A stretch of 64,000 bases of DNA from positions 10,974,001-11,038,000 of the forward strand of contig NC_081333.1 in the NCBI RefSeq assembly GCF_022539665.2, read 5' to 3'. Every line of letters starts with the position of its first letter. Positions within the stretch are counted from its first letter, which is position 1. This document shows positions 58,246 through 64,000 of this stretch, piece after piece. Made by a program: the position numbers and the translations under genes. The DNA is from Daphnia carinata. Lineage: Eukaryota. Below the pieces are notes generated by a model that did not search any database, was not told where the DNA came from, and saw nothing but the letters and a program-made list of their open reading frames with translations.

Positions 58246-60716
58246 TGTTTCACGTTGGGTGGATGAATGAGGCTAGAAGCAGATGATAATGTGTCACTTT
58301 TTGTTGGCTCTGAACGAAGCCAAATAAAACGATGTCGACGATCGACAAAGAAATGAAACTGCAATACAAAAACAGGAAAAACAAAAGATCAGATTTTACC
58401 ACTGTAACAAATCGTGCACCCAAGTTTTAATAGAACAAAAAAAAAATTCTCGACGTTAAAATAAAAAAAAAGGAAGTCTAAAAAACAAAAGAAGGGAGAA
58501 ATATGTATGACAAAACGCCCGCAGCGGAGAGATTTCAAGCGGGAGGTGGTGTGGGTCAAGTGTTACCTAGAGCTCGTCTGGTAGTCGACTGAAGGGATTC
58601 AGAGGCGGGTAAAGGAGAGTCAGGACACAGGTTTGTGTATGCGTATCAATATTTCCTACGGCGGCGTCGACGGGCTCTCTTTTTTTTCAGATTTTTCAAT
58701 CTCTCTTTCTTTCTTTCCGTTCACACACAGAATTCTTCTTGCTTCGTCGTTTTCTCTTTTGCTTCTTCGCCTTTTTACGTTGCATCTCCATTCCTCTTTA
58801 CGTCTCCTCACGGATTTCATATTTATCGCGGCTGTAGATCATTTCGTTTAAGGTGAAACCACTGACAATTATTCATTCTATAAAAATATGCCGCGTCTTC
58901 TGCACTTTACGTGTGATACATTCCGATAGATTTTACGAAAGGACCGATGGCTTCATCAACCGGATTCTGAATGCGATGCCTGTCAAAATATTTTTTTTTC
59001 TTTTGAGCTGCTATAACGGGTTACAATGTGGCTTAATTTCATAAATAATTAAAAAACCTTTCAAGGTGCAGAACCAATAGGGAAGTAAGTAAGGTGGGTA
59101 GGTGTCGAGGCGAAATCGAACAGGTGGGGCAGATTGTTCCGTTTAAATGCAAGTGTCCAGCGTTAGGCAGCGCCACTGTCACAATCCGTTTTAACAGGGT
59201 TCGGGAGGCAATTTTAAACGTTGTGTACCTAACGTTTGCAGAGCGTGATTTCAAATGTTTTTGCTATCACAAAAAATGTCTAGATTTTCAAAGCTAATAA
59301 AGTGATTATGTTGATGTATTCTATCAGAAATTTTCTCATCAGAATGGGAAACTAGTTCGAACTGAAAAGATATGAACTTTTCTTACCTTATTTTTCTTTG
59401 ATGTTTCCAGACTATAGAGAATAAAGACACAGCCATTTTTCTTAATGTTACACTTTTACGGCTGACATATAATAAGGCGGAATTGTGTCATACCAGGAAG
59501 ATAGCCTCCTCCTTCACAGAAGATAAAAAAGGTAAATACAATTTAAGTATATCTTCGTATGAGCCATAATTACTGTTTCAAACAGGAACAAGGTAGTTCC
59601 AAACTGAAATGATATTTCATGTTTTTTCCTTTCTCAAAACATATTCTAATCTGCACGAAAGTGACTGGTCACCAAAAATAATCAAAATTGGTCATTTATA
59701 AGAGTTGGATTTAGCATGATACACAAATGCATTCTGTGTTAAATAGCAACACAGAATGCAATGCATGGTGGAATTGTTAAAAATTATTCACTAGGAAAAC
59801 TAAATACATCTTCTTGTCGATTTACCTTCTAATTATGCTAGGAAAATTAGGGAGATTAACTATCACAACTGATGCAGCCAACCTTAACTCAATGTTTCAA
59901 GAAAGTGTTTTGGCGGGAAACAAGATATTACCATAGTGCAAGATATGAATACCAAAGAGTGGAACGTGACGTGATTCCTACAGGTTATTGTTCTCGTGGT
60001 GTGCAGCAGATGAAAGAACTAAATGGTTAAGAATTCTCCGGAGAAAACTTGAGTTATTCAGTCGCTAGATGGCCTTTGTTGAGGATAACATGGAGGCAAT
60101 TCCGGCAATGTAAAAGTGGTTGTCTATCTGTCAGGTCTTGTTGTTTTCCGTCTGAAGAGTGTATTTATACTCTCCCCTAGGTTCATTTCTCGATGTCAAG
60201 GTATTGAAATAGTTTCTTTCTTGCTTTTCACGGTCACGCTCGGTATCTATTTCATTTGTAAAAGACGAGAGGGTTTGTATGGCGTGAAGGATGCAGTGGG
60301 CATTGTTCCAGAGCCATGTCAGTGGTGTATGCGTGTGTCTATAGCTACTCTAATCCACTGGGAGCGGATCAATAACGTACAGACGACGGCGACGTGTCTT
60401 TTCTTTCCATCTCTTTCTTCTTTTCATTTCGGCGCTTGTTATGATCCATCTACAGCTGGTCAAGCATGGGTGTAAAATTTTGAGATACATGTTTCAGGAG
60501 AGCACTTCAATCTCCTTACCAATAGAGAGCATTCTTTTGATAGATGAAGTTGCCTCTTGTGTATCCAACTAACGTGGCTGACCACTTCTGCATGCCAACT
60601 CAAACAAGAACCAGTTGTTGGCCGTTGAAAATTTCTTGGGTGTTGACTGCTCATCTTTCAATATCATTTTAATTTCACTTTTTAATTTTGTTTTCTTTGC
60701 CGTATATTCCTCCTCA

Positions 60717-60879
60717 ATGTCTGGCAAGAAGATGAAGTCATCCAAGCATACAGGACGGAAGAAGCAATACCTGGCACCAGATACAGTGGAGCTGGAATAT
60801 GATGAATTCAGTCCGAGTGCTCCAAATTTCTCCACTGGAACCATTCCATTGCAGTACAGGGAAACCAGCCACTACCTAA
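60717..60879 (+). CDS. Possible first exon of an unidentified gene (MSGKKMKSSKHTGRKKQYLAPDTVELEYDEF...)
   Basis: ATG-led frame with coding-like composition ending at a GTGAG donor; no family recognised. Confidence 0.25.
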
Positions 60880-63800
60880 GTGAGTGTCATCTGCCTTACA
60901 TTTTCTTCACCTTTTGTTTCCATTTTATGTGATAAAAAAACAACAACAACCAAACAAAAGGGGACTCCCATCATGTCCTCCTTTTTCTATGGTAGTCTAG
61001 TGGTTGTGCGAGGGTGAGCGTACGGGTTAGGACACGGCCCGATGAAAGACTTGGCTGAGTTACAACGAGGATAGATCTCCCGTATGTTTCGCCCAGTTAA
61101 ATCGGGCTCATTCGCCATGAAGGTCGGTCTGGACCGAGATCAAGTTGCTTGCGATGGGTGGCCGGGTGGGGAGGGAGGCGAATTTTCAAATGGCGACGAA
61201 GAAAACGGTCTGGTTGTCGCCCAGCTAGTTAGTCTTCAGATCTAGCAGTGGACCGACGTTTCCATCCTCCCTGTTGGTTATTTCTATAGTTAGTTTTGGG
61301 TCTCTTTATTGGCCTCGTGCGATTTGATTTAGTGTAACCGATTCAAATGAGCGGAACAAGATCTCGTCTCCGGTCCACGTCAAGGAGAAAGAGCAGCTTG
61401 TCACGGACATCAAGTATAGTAAATCTCTTCTTCGCTTTCCCCATCATTGATTATTGCCGCTCGAGCGCTTTTGTTTTTTTGTCTCTTGCACTAATTTCTT
61501 TTAACGCAGCCTATTTCTCGCTGCTTTTGTCTTTTCCCCTGCGCCCTCCAACTCGAAGCGCTTGCGTATGCATTACAGCTTGACGTTCGAGCGTGTCGCC
61601 GCGCTGTAACTACATCTAAAGTTAACTCTTCTCACTCTGTTTTTTTCCACTGTGCCACGGCATACGGTGTAAGGTGATAGCCTTCTGTTTCTATTTGCGT
61701 ATCGCATGCACGTAGACGGAGCTAGACACAATCCAAATTTAATATTCCCTTTTGTTTTCCAACGTATTTAGTTGTCCCTTTTTTTTTCCAAATAGATTTC
61801 AGCATTTCAATGAAAAAAAAAACAGTTCTTTTGAGAGGGGAGGAGAATCAATCGAGTTGAACGCTAAGGGATGAAAAGAATAGAAAAGGGAAAAAAAAAT
61901 TGGCTGGATTTCTTATCAAGTGAAGATAGAATCCGGAAGGGAATAGAGAACAAAAAAAAAAAATGAAACCAGAAAAAAAAAAGTCGGAAAAGAAATGGAT
62001 CTGAAAGCGGCGCGGATATCGGTACAACTCTATGAGGAAAGGAGGGAGAGACCATTGTCAGCCAATTGCAAGGCAGAGGTTGACCCCGTCAGTGGCTCCT
62101 CCTCCGTTCCGTCCGATCGTCGTGACATTCACGCGACGATCTTGCGACACGTTGGAAGGGCCAGCGAAGATGTGAGAAAGTCTTTGGCGAAAGAGATCGC
62201 CGCTCCAGGGGGAAAAAAAAACAAAAAAACAAAAATAAAGAAGCGTCCGTTTTGAAACGTGAGTGGACCGTGTGCGAATGCTTGTGTGGCCGGGAGTGGG
62301 TTGTCTTCTAGTCCAAGAGAGAGATGGGTAGGGTGATGGGGGGGCTTACCGGCTGCGTGAGTGGGACGCCTGTGTGCGCTGCGCCGAAAGAAAGGAATTA
62401 AGCCGGAAGGAGTAGAGAAGAGGGGATCTACCACCTGTGAGTGTGCAAGATCAGTCCACAGTGGTGGTTTGACCTCTATTCCGGTTTGACGTCACCATAT
62501 TTTTTTCGCCATTCAATCGAAAGACAATTGCTCTCTCCGTCCCGCTCCGACTTGTTTTTTTTGTGTGTGTGTGTTAGTCACGGGGCCCGCTGTCATCGCC
62601 ATGGTTAAATCTCGGATAACAGCGTCGAGGCGGCTACGCGCCCAGGTGAAAAAACATCAAAAAACGCGAAGAGGCGGTCATAACGGATTCAGTCCGCGAA
62701 TGCGAGAATTAAATTCCGGCGACGTGCCATGGGAAATGCCGAGCGGCGGTAAGAGTAAGTTCAAGAGCTCGTGTGGTTTTTTTCTTTCTCCAAACAAAAG
62801 ATCTAAGATTGTCTCGTACACACATGTGTGTTTTCTCTCTTGACGTTAGTTCAATTGTCACCTGGCGCAAAAAAAAAAAAAAATTTCTTTTGTTCTCTCT
62901 CTCTCTCATTCACAGTTGACGAAATGATGGATTAGAGTGGCATGTCATGTGTCGCACGAATTGCTTCAGACGGGAATTTAATCGAGACGAGTGGTTTACC
63001 CTTTTTCCAATGTACATACTCAATTTGTACGTGATAAACTAGTATGAAATTTATTTTTGGTATACGGTCTTTTTACCGCCGAACTCTAGGGCGGGTTCGT
63101 TCCGGAAAATGACGGATTGGGGGGCTTCATTTCCAGGACGCGCACACGGTTCACGGTGGGGGGAGGTAGGAAAAAACTAGAACACACCCAAAAGATCGAT
63201 ACTATTTCACCTTTTTTTTTTTTTTCTTTCTTATTCTGCTTGTCGATCTTTTTTTTTTATTATTTTTTTTTTTTGTTCTTGTTTCTACCGTTGACTTTTC
63301 CTTGTATCCATCACTCTTTCCCTTCTGCTTGGATGAATCCGCCGAGCGCCTTGTTTGCCGTTCGTGTCTTGTGTCTACCGTTGTTGACGTCGTCTCTCCT
63401 ACCGTTTTCGCTTTATCCGGAGCGTAGTAGGAACAGCGCCCACATTCATGTGGCCCAAACGAGTTGTTCTTTTTTTCTTTGCCTTATTATTTATAACCCC
63501 CTGCTCTCGTTGAAAAAAAAAAAAAAATAATGTTTGTCATCTCTCTGCCAAAGGATTATTGCCAACGAGTTGCTCGCACTCATCGCTTTTTAGTTATATC
63601 TCTTGTGTGTTTCATTTTACACGAGGGCATTATCCAAAAATTTTTCGTATTTTATGCAAGGCATTTGAATTCGCAACGTTTTCCCTCCTGTTTCTGATTT
63701 CATGTGTGCAACGGAGCTGAGTAGGATTGATGGCAGGGCTGGCGGACGATGTACAGTATAGGTTAATTGGCTTTTGAAAAGCGGGATGGCCTTCGCTCTA

Positions 63801-64000
63801 TATTGTAACGCGCGGACAGATAATGGGAAGGCGGCCAGAGAGCATTGCGACGACTATTAGCAAAGCTTCTATGTACGTGTCTGCTGTGGGCTCTTTTGGA
63901 AATGTCAACCGGATGCAAGTTCACTGACAACAGCTGACGTACATTATTGATGGGATAGAAGCTCCAGTACATAGTCTAGTGGTTGAGGTAGTTCACAAAG

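Overview
Eukaryotic, intron-rich genomic DNA with very short introns. Gene style suggests a cladoceran crustacean such as Daphnia (inference). Host genes in order: angiomotin-like (+), Rad60/NFATC2IP-like SUMO-domain protein (+), Ran (-), two apparently intact neverland (Rieske cholesterol 7-desaturase) copies (-), NDUFB7 (-), mitochondrial Glu-tRNA ligase EARS2 (-), aldehyde oxidase/XDH-family molybdo-flavoenzyme (-), CACHD1 (-), ferredoxin-2 (+) and a myophilin/transgelin-like gene (-). Two regions stand out. (1) 9.6-23.7 kb is a ~14 kb composite element with ~2.1 kb inverted arms, piggyBac-like CCCTT/AAGGG tips and an internal 1.5 kb foldback. It carries three copies of an unidentified ~385 nt multi-hairpin module, three back-to-back pairs of degenerate tRNA-like sequences, oppositely oriented GACGGGC minisatellites, tandem Helitron-like 3' ends, a MITE and decayed spliced genes, but no recognisable transposase. 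(2) 23.7-38.4 kb is a tandem duplication of [nvd-NDUFB7-EARS2-part of AOX] in which only neverland survives twice. Exon boundaries were read by eye and are approximate.
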